Positions 1-7,917 of a DNA stretch of 38,956 bases are shown in pieces. The stretch's first letter is position 1. The number at the start of each line of letters is the position of its first letter. The notes below the pieces were generated by a model, which saw nothing but the letters and a program-made list of their open reading frames with translations, was not told the origin of the DNA and ran no database searches. A program made the translations under genes and the position numbers. Origin of the DNA: Trichodesmium sp. MAG_R04 (GTDB lineage: Bacteria; Cyanobacteriota; Cyanobacteriia; Cyanobacteriales; Microcoleaceae); the NCBI GenBank assembly GCA_023356515.1, contig JAKQYG010000001.1:1-38956 (forward strand). Reading direction: 5' to 3'.

Positions 1-2063
1 TTATGCTGGGGAGGACAAGAAGTTGACTTAAATCCTATTTTTTCATCTAACTCATAAATCAAAGATTCCGCTATAAAATTTTCATTTTCTATTAAGTCAA
101 AATGCCCAAAATATTCCCAATTTAGTTGTTGTTTTAAAACTGATTTAGTCTTTTTCCATTTTTTCTTCCACTTATGTAAATAAAGATTCAAATAGACTTT
201 ATCCAAACGCTCTACAGACCTTAGTCTAACAGGATACATAGTTCCAATGGGTCTTTTGCTATTGTCAAAATCTGTAAAATTCCACCATTCAACTTCTGTA
301 TGAAGTAAATCTATAGGTAGGAAAATTTCAATAGTTAATTCCTTGATTTCCTTTTTTGATAGATCAGGTTTAGAAGAGTATTTAATAAATCTATCTATAA
401 AGTTTTCAACTTGACTCAATTGGCATTTAATTCCCGATTCAGTTTCATTAGAATTGAGTAAAGATTGACAATTATTTAGATATTCATAAGAGTTTTCATG
501 CTCACCCATAACTAACCAACTATGCAAAATAAATTGATTATTATCAGCAGGTTCAGATGATATAGTAATAATCAAATAATATTTTTGTTCTTCAGAAAAA
601 AAATTTCCTGTTTCTCGAGCTTTATTTTCTTCTGGATACTTTTTTACTTCAGCTTTAATTTTTTGACTCATCTCCGGAGAGAGATTTTTATCTTGACTTA
701 ATACCTGGTAAAATACCTTCATTCGTCCAAATTTCTTCAATCTTTCTAAAATTTGCGAAATCTCGTTTTCTTCCAAATTTCCATCTGCCCACAAATTAAC
801 ATCTGGAGGTAAAGCCTGTCGATAAGCTTCCTGGATACTCTCTAGAGGCATCCCAGAAAAGTCTAAATCTGGGAAATTTTCCTGGTTACTCTTGCTACTA
901 CCCCTAACCACTATGTCAGTAAATCTAAGTTTTTCAGGACTTTTTACAGGACTTTTGAACAGAGAACCATCTTCCACCCCCATGAAAATAATAGGAGTAG
1001 CAAAATGTCGTTTGCGATACACAGTATCTAAACCAATTCTGCGGCGACCTTTCTGGGCAGCAACGTCAACTGCTTCCCCTTTAGCTAAACGTTCGTAAAA
1101 TACACAGGCAAACTCACTTGCTGTTGCATTGGAAACCTCATACTGCATTGCCACAACAACAGGAATATTCATTTGCACAATTTTAGATGCAGTACCAGCA
1201 AAAGCCTTAGAAGCAGATAGCATTCCACTTTCGCAAGCTTGTAATATGACAACTCCTGGAGTCCACTGTTCAAAAAGTTCACTAAAGAAGTTAGCATCCA
1301 CCCACAAAGCTTTATTCAATATCTTTTTTACTAGGGCAATTTGTCCTACATCTTCCCCCGCTTCATTCTGCATTTGCCCGTGACCAATAAAGTGGAAAAT
1401 ATGAGGTTTCCGTTCCAATAAATGATCAATAGCAATGGGAGTTGCAGGATTAACAATTGGCAATAATTCAATTCGCTCTTCTTGTTCTTGGGCCAAAAGC
1501 TTTAATGCTTCCTCCACCTCTTGATACTCAACATGGCCTAAATCTTTAGGAGCCGCGATCGCCAGAGCAATTCTTAACTTTTCACCATTTTCTAACTGTA
1601 TTGGGTCAGGAGGATAGGACTGTAGACGACGACGGGAGAAAACAAGATGTGGGTTTGTCGCCAACCTGCACTCCCCTAAATTAGCACTAGCAGGCAAGCA
1701 CATAAATTCCCAAGGCAATGCCGCTACTTTAGGCATCGCCTGCTCATCAATATCAAGCTCAATTCGCAAAAACTGTTTTTGATTTTTCACCACATCTTGA
1801 TAGAAATTGACAAACTCTTGACGTAAAACATCATCAAAAATGGTCTCGAATAGAGTTTCTCCCAGTTCTCGTGCCTGTTGAGTATTATTTAGTTCGTTGT
1901 CCAAAACAGGTTGAAGTTGGGATTCAATTTCCTCTCGTTTTTCCTCATAACGAAGCTTTCCAGGAAATCTTCCTAGAAATTTATGGCGATCGCCAAACTT
2001 CTCGACCTGAACAGATTTATCGTTGGCGAGACAAATGCGAAAAGTGTAGTAGGTTTGAGCCAC
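1..2063 (-). CDS. CHAT (caspase-like) protease fused to VMAP-C-like domain; 3' end runs off the left edge of the window
   Basis: Not in ORF track. Manual translation is open from GTG at 2063 (GAGGA upstream) to base 3. CHAT motifs: LRIELDID..LPWEF, HIFHFIGHG, VILQACESG, VVAMQY, FATPIIF. C-terminal LTIEIFLPIDLLHTEVEWW...IGTMYPVRLRSVERL...W..KW resembles VMAP-C. Confidence 0.85.
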   Translation of the reverse strand, partial: MAQTYYTFRICLANDKSVQVEKFGDRHKFLGRFPGKLRYEEKREEIESQLQPVLDNELNNTQQARELGETLFETIFDDVLRQEFVNFYQDVVKNQKQFLRIELDIDEQAMPKVAALPWEFMCLPASANLGECRLATNPHLVFSRRRLQSYPPDPIQLENGEKLRIALAIAAPKDLGHVEYQEVEEALKLLAQEQEERIELLPIVNPATPIAIDHLLERKPHIFHFIGHGQMQNEAGEDVGQIALVKKILNKALWVDANFFSELFEQWTPGVVILQACESGMLSASKAFAGTASKIVQMNIPVVVAMQYEVSNATASEFACVFYERLAKGEAVDVAAQKGRRRIGLDTVYRKRHFATPIIFMGVEDGSLFKSPVKSPEKLRFTDIVVRGSSKSNQENFPDLDFSGMPLESIQEAYRQALPPDVNLWADGNLEENEISQILERLKKFGRMKVFYQVLSQDKNLSPEMSQKIKAEVKKYPEENKARETGNFFSEEQKYYLIITISSEPADNNQFILHSWLVMGEHENSYEYLNNCQSLLNSNETESGIKCQLSQVENFIDRFIKYSSKPDLSKKEIKELTIEIFLPIDLLHTEVEWWNFTDFDNSKRPIGTMYPVRLRSVERLDKVYLNLYLHKWKKKWKKTKSVLKQQLNWEYFGHFDLIENENFIAESLIYELDEKIGFKSTSCPPQH
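1986..1993. repeat. HIP1 octamer GCGATCGC (representative copy; about a dozen more in the window)
   Basis: Also seen near 1555, 4964, 6143, 6425, 10199, 12438, 16445, 17049, 21052, 22570, 23386 and 23488 despite low GC content. Confidence 0.9.
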
Positions 2064-2095
2064 AGATTTTTCCTCTAATTAACTGACATTAATAG

Positions 2096-2464
2096 CTAAG
2101 CTGCTTGAGGAAAGTTTAAATTCCATCTCTGAGGACATCCGCGAGCAAAGTGACTAGCTACTTCTTCATCCTGTCCTAATTTGACATTCTCGCTAATATT
2201 ATCCTCCCAGTCAAGACAATAGCTTCTTCCTGGTTCTAGACTGTTAACTTCGTTGGGAGATGTGACGGTTATGAACTCCTCTGGTTCGATGGTGAAGTTG
2301 CTGTCACTATAGTCGTACAAGCTACTATCACTAACGCTGCTAATTTTTAACTTGTAGTCGCTGTCACTGGTTATGGATGTAGGTACTGCCCAGACGTGAC
2401 GACCATCACTGGAGGTAGAACTGCTAATAGTGCGGTTGAAAGCACCTCCTTTGTATAATTCTAT
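2096..2464 (-). pseudogene. Fragment of a Ser/Thr-rich Ig-like repeat (Kre9/KNH-like) surface protein
   Basis: Frame open from ~2470 with no convincing start: IELYKGGAFNRTISSSTSSDGRHVWAVPTSITSDSDYKLKISSVSDSSLYDYSDSNFTIEPEEFITVTSPNE..LEPG..Y.LDWEDNISENVKL. This is the end of one repeat and the start of the next. The 5' side is cut at a CAGGACTTACG repeat end. Confidence 0.65.
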
Positions 2465-2714
2465 CAGGACTTACGGATAACCACTATTAAATATTCTGAT
2501 CAGTAAATTTTTTGATGACTAATCCTCAGCTTACTTGTCACCCCGTGAGGAAAAAACCTTAAATATAGTAGATATCTCCCCAGCTTTGATACGATCCGAT
2601 ACCAACGGACATCATATTACCCAAAGAAACCCAGTTTTCACAAGAAATTTTATGTTTTAACAATAGACATCTCTGAAAAACCAGGTTTCTGGGTTCGGTT
2701 TGCCCGTAGTCCTA
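2465..2714. mobile_element. Degenerate MITE-like element / nested repeat cluster
   Basis: CAGGACTTACGG at 2465 and an imperfect inverse CCGTAGTCCTA ending near 2714, the same terminus family as 27973-28062. The interior has AGAAACCCAGTTTT / AAAACCAGGTTTCT palindromic repeats. Confidence 0.45.
2528..2549 (+). repeat. 22-bp repeat AGCTTACTTGTCACCCCGTGAG, exact inverse of 4296-4317 (probable IS end)
   Basis: Direct comparison: perfect reverse complement of 4296-4317. Confidence 0.85.
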
Positions 2715-2716
2715 AA

Positions 2717-4138
2717 TTACTTAGTAGGCCACTCAGTATGGAAGAACTCACCACGAGACTTATCAATGCGCTCATAAGTGTGAGCCCCAAAATAATCCCG
2801 TTGAGCCTGAGTCAAATTTTGAGGCAAAGTTGCCCGACGATAACTATCAAAATAATCTAGAGAAGCACTAAAACCAGGAACAGGCAACCCTAACTTAGCA
2901 GCAAGACCAACAATTTCCCGCCAAGCATCTTGGCGATCGAGAATAGTCTGCTTAAACTCTGGAGCTAACAATAAATTAGGTAGACCAGGATTTTCATCAA
3001 AAGCCTTTTTAATCTTATTCAAAAATCCAGCCCGAATAATGCAACCACCTTTCCAAATGCGCGCAGACTCACCCAAATTTAAATTGTAATTAAACTCCTG
3101 AGATGCCTTAGCCAACAACGCCATACCCTGAGCATAAGAACAAATCTTAGAACAATACAAAGCATCCCGCACCTTATTAATCATAGCTTGGGTATCACCT
3201 TCATACTTACCAGTTGAGCCAGTCAATTCCTTAGCAGCAACCACACGCTCCTCCTTAATACCAGACATAATCCTAGCATTAACAGCCGCCGTAATAGTAG
3301 GAATAGCAATACCCAACTCTAAAGCATTAATTACCGTCCATCTGCCTGTACCCTTCTGTCCAGCAGAGTCAACAATCATGTCAACTAAATGGTTGCTAGT
3401 CTCAGTATCTTTCTTAGTAAATATATCCGCTGTAATTTCAATTAAGAAAGATTCCAACTCTGGAGTTTTATTCCACTCAGTAAAAATCTCATGAAGTTGT
3501 TCATTGCTAATTCCTAAAGCATTTTTCAATAAGTCGTAAGCTTCAGCAATTAACTGCATATCCCCATACTCAATGCCATTATGTACCATTTTCACATAGT
3601 GACCAGCTCCACCAGGACCAATGTAGGTGACACAAGGACCATCATCAACTTGAGCAGCTATTTTAGTTAAAATTGCTTCTAGTTCTTTATAAGAAGCTTC
3701 TGTACCACCAGGCATTAAACTAGGTCCCCATAAGGCACCTTCTTCACCACCACTAACTCCCATCCCCATAAAACCTAATCCAGTGGATTCTAAATCTCTA
3801 GTACGGCGTTCTGTATCCTCGTAGAGAGAGTTACCACCGTCAATGATCATATCATCTTTATCTAACAAGGGTTTAAGTTGTTCAATGACCTTATCAACTG
3901 GATTTCCTGCTTTTACCATGACTAGAATTCTGCGGGGTCTTTCTAAGGATTGAACAAAATCTTCTAAAGTGTAAGCAGCATGGACGTTTTTCCCTTGTGC
4001 CCGCTCTGCCATAAATTTTTCAGTTTTATTGCTACTGCGATTGTATACAGAAATAGGAAATCCGTTACGCTCTACATTGAGAGCTAGGTTTTCACCCATT
4101 ACAGCTAGACCTATAACACCAAATTTTTGTTGTCCCAT
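2717..4138 (-). CDS. gnd: NADP-dependent 6-phosphogluconate dehydrogenase (decarboxylating)
   Basis: [66 protein letters not shown]; 473 aa. Confidence 0.98.
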   Translation of the reverse strand: MGQQKFGVIGLAVMGENLALNVERNGFPISVYNRSSNKTEKFMAERAQGKNVHAAYTLEDFVQSLERPRRILVMVKAGNPVDKVIEQLKPLLDKDDMIIDGGNSLYEDTERRTRDLESTGLGFMGMGVSGGEEGALWGPSLMPGGTEASYKELEAILTKIAAQVDDGPCVTYIGPGGAGHYVKMVHNGIEYGDMQLIAEAYDLLKNALGISNEQLHEIFTEWNKTPELESFLIEITADIFTKKDTETSNHLVDMIVDSAGQKGTGRWTVINALELGIAIPTITAAVNARIMSGIKEERVVAAKELTGSTGKYEGDTQAMINKVRDALYCSKICSYAQGMALLAKASQEFNYNLNLGESARIWKGGCIIRAGFLNKIKKAFDENPGLPNLLLAPEFKQTILDRQDAWREIVGLAAKLGLPVPGFSASLDYFDSYRRATLPQNLTQAQRDYFGAHTYERIDKSRGEFFHTEWPTK

Positions 4139-4295
4139 AGTTTTTTATTTCTCTGACTATCTTCTCGAAATTGTAATTACCGTTTTTAGATTACAGGTGT
4201 TTTTTTGTACTTTTTCCAGCAAAAGGTTTTTTTTAATATTTCAAGTATAGGTTGATACAAATAAATTAATGCTTAAAAGAAAGTATGAAAAATCA

Positions 4296-4317
4296 CTCAC
4301 GGGGTGACAAGTAAGCT
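4296..4317 (+). repeat. 22-bp repeat CTCACGGGGTGACAAGTAAGCT, exact inverse of 2528-2549 (probable IS end)
   Basis: Direct comparison; an IS4-like transposase remnant follows on its right. Confidence 0.85.
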
Positions 4318-4394
4318 TAATGGTAGATATAGTAATAATTTGAGACAATAAATTGAATAATAATTCAATTTTAAAGGAAAGCTTATTGAGCTAA

Positions 4395-4570
4395 CGAGAT
4401 TGAATAATTTAATTTTATTAATAGCTATTTCATACACAATTAGTTCATTTCAGGGACAAAAAATAAAAAATAAAGGGGTTCAAGAATATATATCAAGAAC
4501 TAATGAAAAAGGTAGAAAAGAAAGAAGGCACAGTAGTTTTTTTTGTAGGATTATCTATGATTTATTGGGC
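4395..4570 (+). pseudogene. IS4-family transposase C-terminal remnant
   Basis: Translates as RLNNLILLIAISYTISSFQGQKIKNKGVQEYISRTNEKGRKERRHSSFF(fs)VGLSMIYW, resembling the C-terminus of cyanobacterial IS4 transposases (LIAIAY...GQKIK..GVQ.Y...RRHSSF.IGL). Confidence 0.65.
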
Positions 4571-4890
4571 AATAAATGATGATTTTATCAAGGAAATTAT
4601 TGTCAAAAACTCAATAAGTGGAAATTGGGGATGGAAAGAACCGCGGACAACTTTGTTCCTAGATTTTTGGTCACACCTACTACCGAATGCCAAGTTTATA
4701 TTAATTTATCGTTCTCCTTGGGAAGTAGTTGATTCTCTGTATACTTGGCAAGATAAGATATTTCAAACTAAACCAGAACTAGCAGTCAAATTCTGGTTAA
4801 ACTACAACCAAAAAATTATTGATTTTTATAATTATGCTGCTAATCGTTGCCTGTTGGCAAATATTCAGACAATAATTAATAACCAAATAG
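4571..4890 (+). pseudogene. Internal fragment of a sulfotransferase-family protein
   Basis: WGWKEPRTTLFLDFW and FILIYRSPWEVVDSL (3'-phosphate-binding R..S type motif). The N-terminal PAPS loop is missing and the fragment is flanked by IS4 and IS5 remnants, so track ORF 4503..4952 is a chimera. Confidence 0.7.
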
Positions 4891-5732
4891 TTATTGGGAT
4901 TACCGATTTTGAATTTGAAAAATTAGTAGGAAATGCTCAAAAACTTGAATAAAAAAAAGACAGGCGATCGCTAGTCAAGAAAAAAGACTAATTAAGGCAG
5001 GAGGAGGAAGAAAAAAAAGCTTAAAACTCGAGGAGGAAATCATCTTAACTTTATACTATTTATGACATTTGCCCACATTCTAAATACTAGGAATATACTT
5101 TGGTGTCAGCTCATCAACAGCAAATAATATTTTTCATTATTGGATAGATATATTACAAGAGTTACTGCCTAGTAGCTTGTTAGAACAATTTCAAAAAAAA
5201 GAAGACGAATATTTATGGATACAAGAAATTTTAACAGAACAAGAATTAATTGTAGATATTACAGAAAAAAGCATATATAGGCCATACGCTGATGATAAAA
5301 ATAAAAAATATTACTCTGGAAAAAATAAAAATTATACATTGAAAAACAAAATAATAACGACAGAAAAAGGTACAGAAATAGTAGATTTGATTGTCGGGAA
5401 AAGAGGTCCAGAAAGCGATGTAAATTTACTCATAAAAAAACAAAAAAAATTTGATAAAGAACAAAAATTTCAGGAAGATAAAGGGTATCAAGGAGTACAG
5501 AGGACTATGATACAAAAAAAAGCCTAGAAAACAAGAAATGTAACCAGAAATGAAAGAAGATAACTTGAAATTAGCTAAAAATAGAATATTTGTGGAACAT
5601 GTTATTAGGTTGCTAAAAATATTTGGGGTAGCATGAGATTGGTTCAGATTAAAAGAATATAATTATAAAAAGGTAATTTTAACAAGATGTGGTTTAGTCA
5701 GACTAAGAATAGGAGCATTAATATTAGCATGA
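4890..5732 (+). mobile_element. Decayed IS5-family (ISL2-type, HTH + DDE_Tnp_4) transposase
   Basis: IGITDFEFEKLV, RLIKAGGGRKK.LKLEEEIILTLYYL*HLPTF*ILGIYFGVS, ELIVD, YYSGK, GPESDVNL, DKGYQG, RIFVEHVIRLLKIF, CGLVRLRIGALIL*; several in-frame stops and frameshifts. Confidence 0.85.
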
Positions 5733-6050
5733 ACTCTACTATATGTAGAAAAGAAGATAACAAAAACAATAGCTCAATATGATATGGTGAATAACTAACA
5801 GTAACTATCTCTAACACCATAAAGTATGTAAAAAATGACTATCTGGGGGATTAGGCGATAATTCCTTGAAAGATATTTACAGTAAGTGCTTGAGTATTTT
5901 TGGAGATGTCTATTTAGAAATATACATTTGAAAAAAGGTAGGATTTGGATAAATGGGTGTAAAATTAAGATCTGGTTTAGGAACATTTGATTTTATCGAC
6001 TCAATTGTAGTTTGATTTGTTTTAATTAATAATTAAAGGGAAATAAGTTA

Positions 6051-7727
6051 ATGGTAGTAGCAATAGAAAAAGAATTAGAAGAAACTCAGCAACAGTTGGA
6101 TAAAACTAAGTCCGAGTTGCATGATGTGAGGGAGGAGTTGGAGCGATCGCAATCTCAGTTAGATGAGGTATTGGGGGAGTTGGAGCAAACCCACTTTGAG
6201 TTACATCAGCTAAAAGAAAAAGGAGAACCACAGCAGTCAAAGTCCAATGGACAAGTTCAGCAAGAGTTGGCGGAAACTAAGGCCAAGTTGCAGGAGACAG
6301 AAAAGTTATTGAAAGAGTCTCAGTCACAGAAAGAAACAGAAGAATTTAAGGGTAAGTGGCAAGAAACTCAGAAACAGTTGGACAAAACTAAGTCAGAGTT
6401 CCATGATGTGAAGGAGGAGTTGGAGCGATCGCAATCTCAGTTGGATGAGGTATTGGGGGAGTTGGAGCAAACCCACTTTGAGTTACATCAGCTTAAGGAA
6501 AAGGGGGTAAAGCAGCAATCGGAGTCAGATGGGCAAGTTAAGCAAGAGTTGGAGGAAACTAAGGCCAAGTTGCAGGAGACTGAACAATTGTTGGAGGAGT
6601 CCCAGTCTCAGTTAGGTGAGACGATGGGAGTGTTAGAGGAGTATAAGTCTCAAATGGAGCAGACCATGGGGGCGTTGGAGGAGTCCCAAGGGAAGTTGCA
6701 GCAGAAGCAGGAAGAGTTGGAGCAGGTTAAGGGAGAGTTAGCACAGAAGCAACCTGGGTCTGAGTTAGAACTCAAGAAGGAGTTGGAGAGAACTAAGTCT
6801 CAGTTGCAGGAAACTGAGGGATTGTTAGAGCAGTATCAGTCTCAGTTGGAAGAGACTATGAAGGTATTAGAGGAGTCTCATTCTCAAACTTCTAAAGTCA
6901 AAAATAAAAAAGTAAAACAGCAGTCAGGATCAGAGATACATAAAGAGTTGGAGACAACTAAGTCTCGGTTGAGAGAGACTGAGGAGTTGTTAGAGCAGTA
7001 TCAGTCTCAACTAGAGCAGAAGGAGAAGGAGTATGAGGATATAATATCTCAACTTCAGCACACCCAAAATCAGTTAAATCGGCAAAGTATTGAACTAATA
7101 AAAATAAAAGGTATAGACGTTGTTAAAGTTACTCAAGAATTAATGACAATTTTCCATAAATATACTACTGAAGAAATCATTAATGCTCAAATATCTAAGT
7201 TTGGTAAAGGTAGTATTCAACAAGTACAAAGAATAGTTAAGGTGGCTGAATATTGTGCACAAAACTTTCCAGGAGATTTGATTGAAATAGGTTGTTTTAA
7301 AGGAGGCACTACTAAGTTTCTGGCTGAAGTTGCTAAAAAATATAACAAGAAAGTTGTTGCTTTAGATCCGTGGGAAACAGGAACACAAAATTGTGAAGGT
7401 GGAGAATATGAAGCTTTCTTAGGAAATATTGAACCTTATAAAGACTATGTAGATATTATTAGGGCATCTTCTCTGGATGAAAAAGCTATTAACTTAGTTA
7501 AGAATAGACAGTTAAGTTTTGCATTTGTTGATGGTTTACATACTTATGATGCTGCTCTTGTAGATATTCAAACCGTATCGCATTGCTTTGGTATTATTGC
7601 TGTTGATGATATTTTGTGGTCTCCTGAAGTTGAAAGCGCTTTCCACAAAGGTGCAGAAATTACAGGTCGTGAAAAGCTATGTTTACCTGTTTGTAGAGAA
7701 GGTTACTTAATTAAAAATTTGAATTAA
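6051..7727 (+). CDS. Long E/Q-rich coiled-coil fused to C-terminal class I SAM methyltransferase (Methyltransf_24/TylF-like)
   Basis: ~350 aa of heptad repeats, then GDLIEIGCFKGGTT, VALDPW, FAFVDGLHTY, IIAVDD. Purine-rich RBS-like sequence upstream. Confidence 0.85.
   Translation: MVVAIEKELEETQQQLDKTKSELHDVREELERSQSQLDEVLGELEQTHFELHQLKEKGEPQQSKSNGQVQQELAETKAKLQETEKLLKESQSQKETEEFKGKWQETQKQLDKTKSEFHDVKEELERSQSQLDEVLGELEQTHFELHQLKEKGVKQQSESDGQVKQELEETKAKLQETEQLLEESQSQLGETMGVLEEYKSQMEQTMGALEESQGKLQQKQEELEQVKGELAQKQPGSELELKKELERTKSQLQETEGLLEQYQSQLEETMKVLEESHSQTSKVKNKKVKQQSGSEIHKELETTKSRLRETEELLEQYQSQLEQKEKEYEDIISQLQHTQNQLNRQSIELIKIKGIDVVKVTQELMTIFHKYTTEEIINAQISKFGKGSIQQVQRIVKVAEYCAQNFPGDLIEIGCFKGGTTKFLAEVAKKYNKKVVALDPWETGTQNCEGGEYEAFLGNIEPYKDYVDIIRASSLDEKAINLVKNRQLSFAFVDGLHTYDAALVDIQTVSHCFGIIAVDDILWSPEVESAFHKGAEITGREKLCLPVCREGYLIKNLN
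6081..6590 (+). repeat. Intragenic tandem duplication, 282-nt (94-aa) period
   Basis: GAAACTCAG..ACAGTTGGA.AAAACTAAGTC.GAGTT.CATGATGTGA.GGAGGAGTTGGAGCGATCGCAATCTCAG... occurs at 6081 and again at 6363, near-identical. Confidence 0.9.
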
Positions 7728-7917
7728 ATTAATTCAGAAAATTGAGTAAACTTTTGGCAAAGATTTAAACATCTATTAGACTAAACTAAACAAAGTAAAT
7801 CTTAGGATATTACTGAATTAAGGGATAAATATAATAAATATATAAGTGGGATAGGAATCTTGCTTATTCTACAAAACTATTAAAATTATCCCGCATTTCA
7901 ACAATACCTTCTAGAGT

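Noticed and set aside
1-3. TTA at the window start as the stop codon of the CHAT gene
   Set aside because: Wrong frame; the coding frame stays open past base 1.
892-2086. Short plus-strand ORFs 892..1098, 1129..1383 and 1871..2086
   Set aside because: Antisense shadows of the CHAT-VMAP gene.
2717-4138. gnd next to a glycan cluster as a parallel to enterobacterial O-antigen loci
   Set aside because: Separated by IS debris with no evidence of conserved linkage; likely coincidental.
6081-7020. Repeats as a CRISPR array or SMC-type ATPase
   Set aside because: In-frame coding repeats with no unique spacers; no Walker motifs.
4571-7727. Sulfotransferase fragment and coiled-coil methyltransferase as one ancestral gene split by IS5
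   Set aside because: The 6051 gene has its own RBS-like signal and start, with ~300 bp of apparently non-coding DNA before it; cannot be supported.
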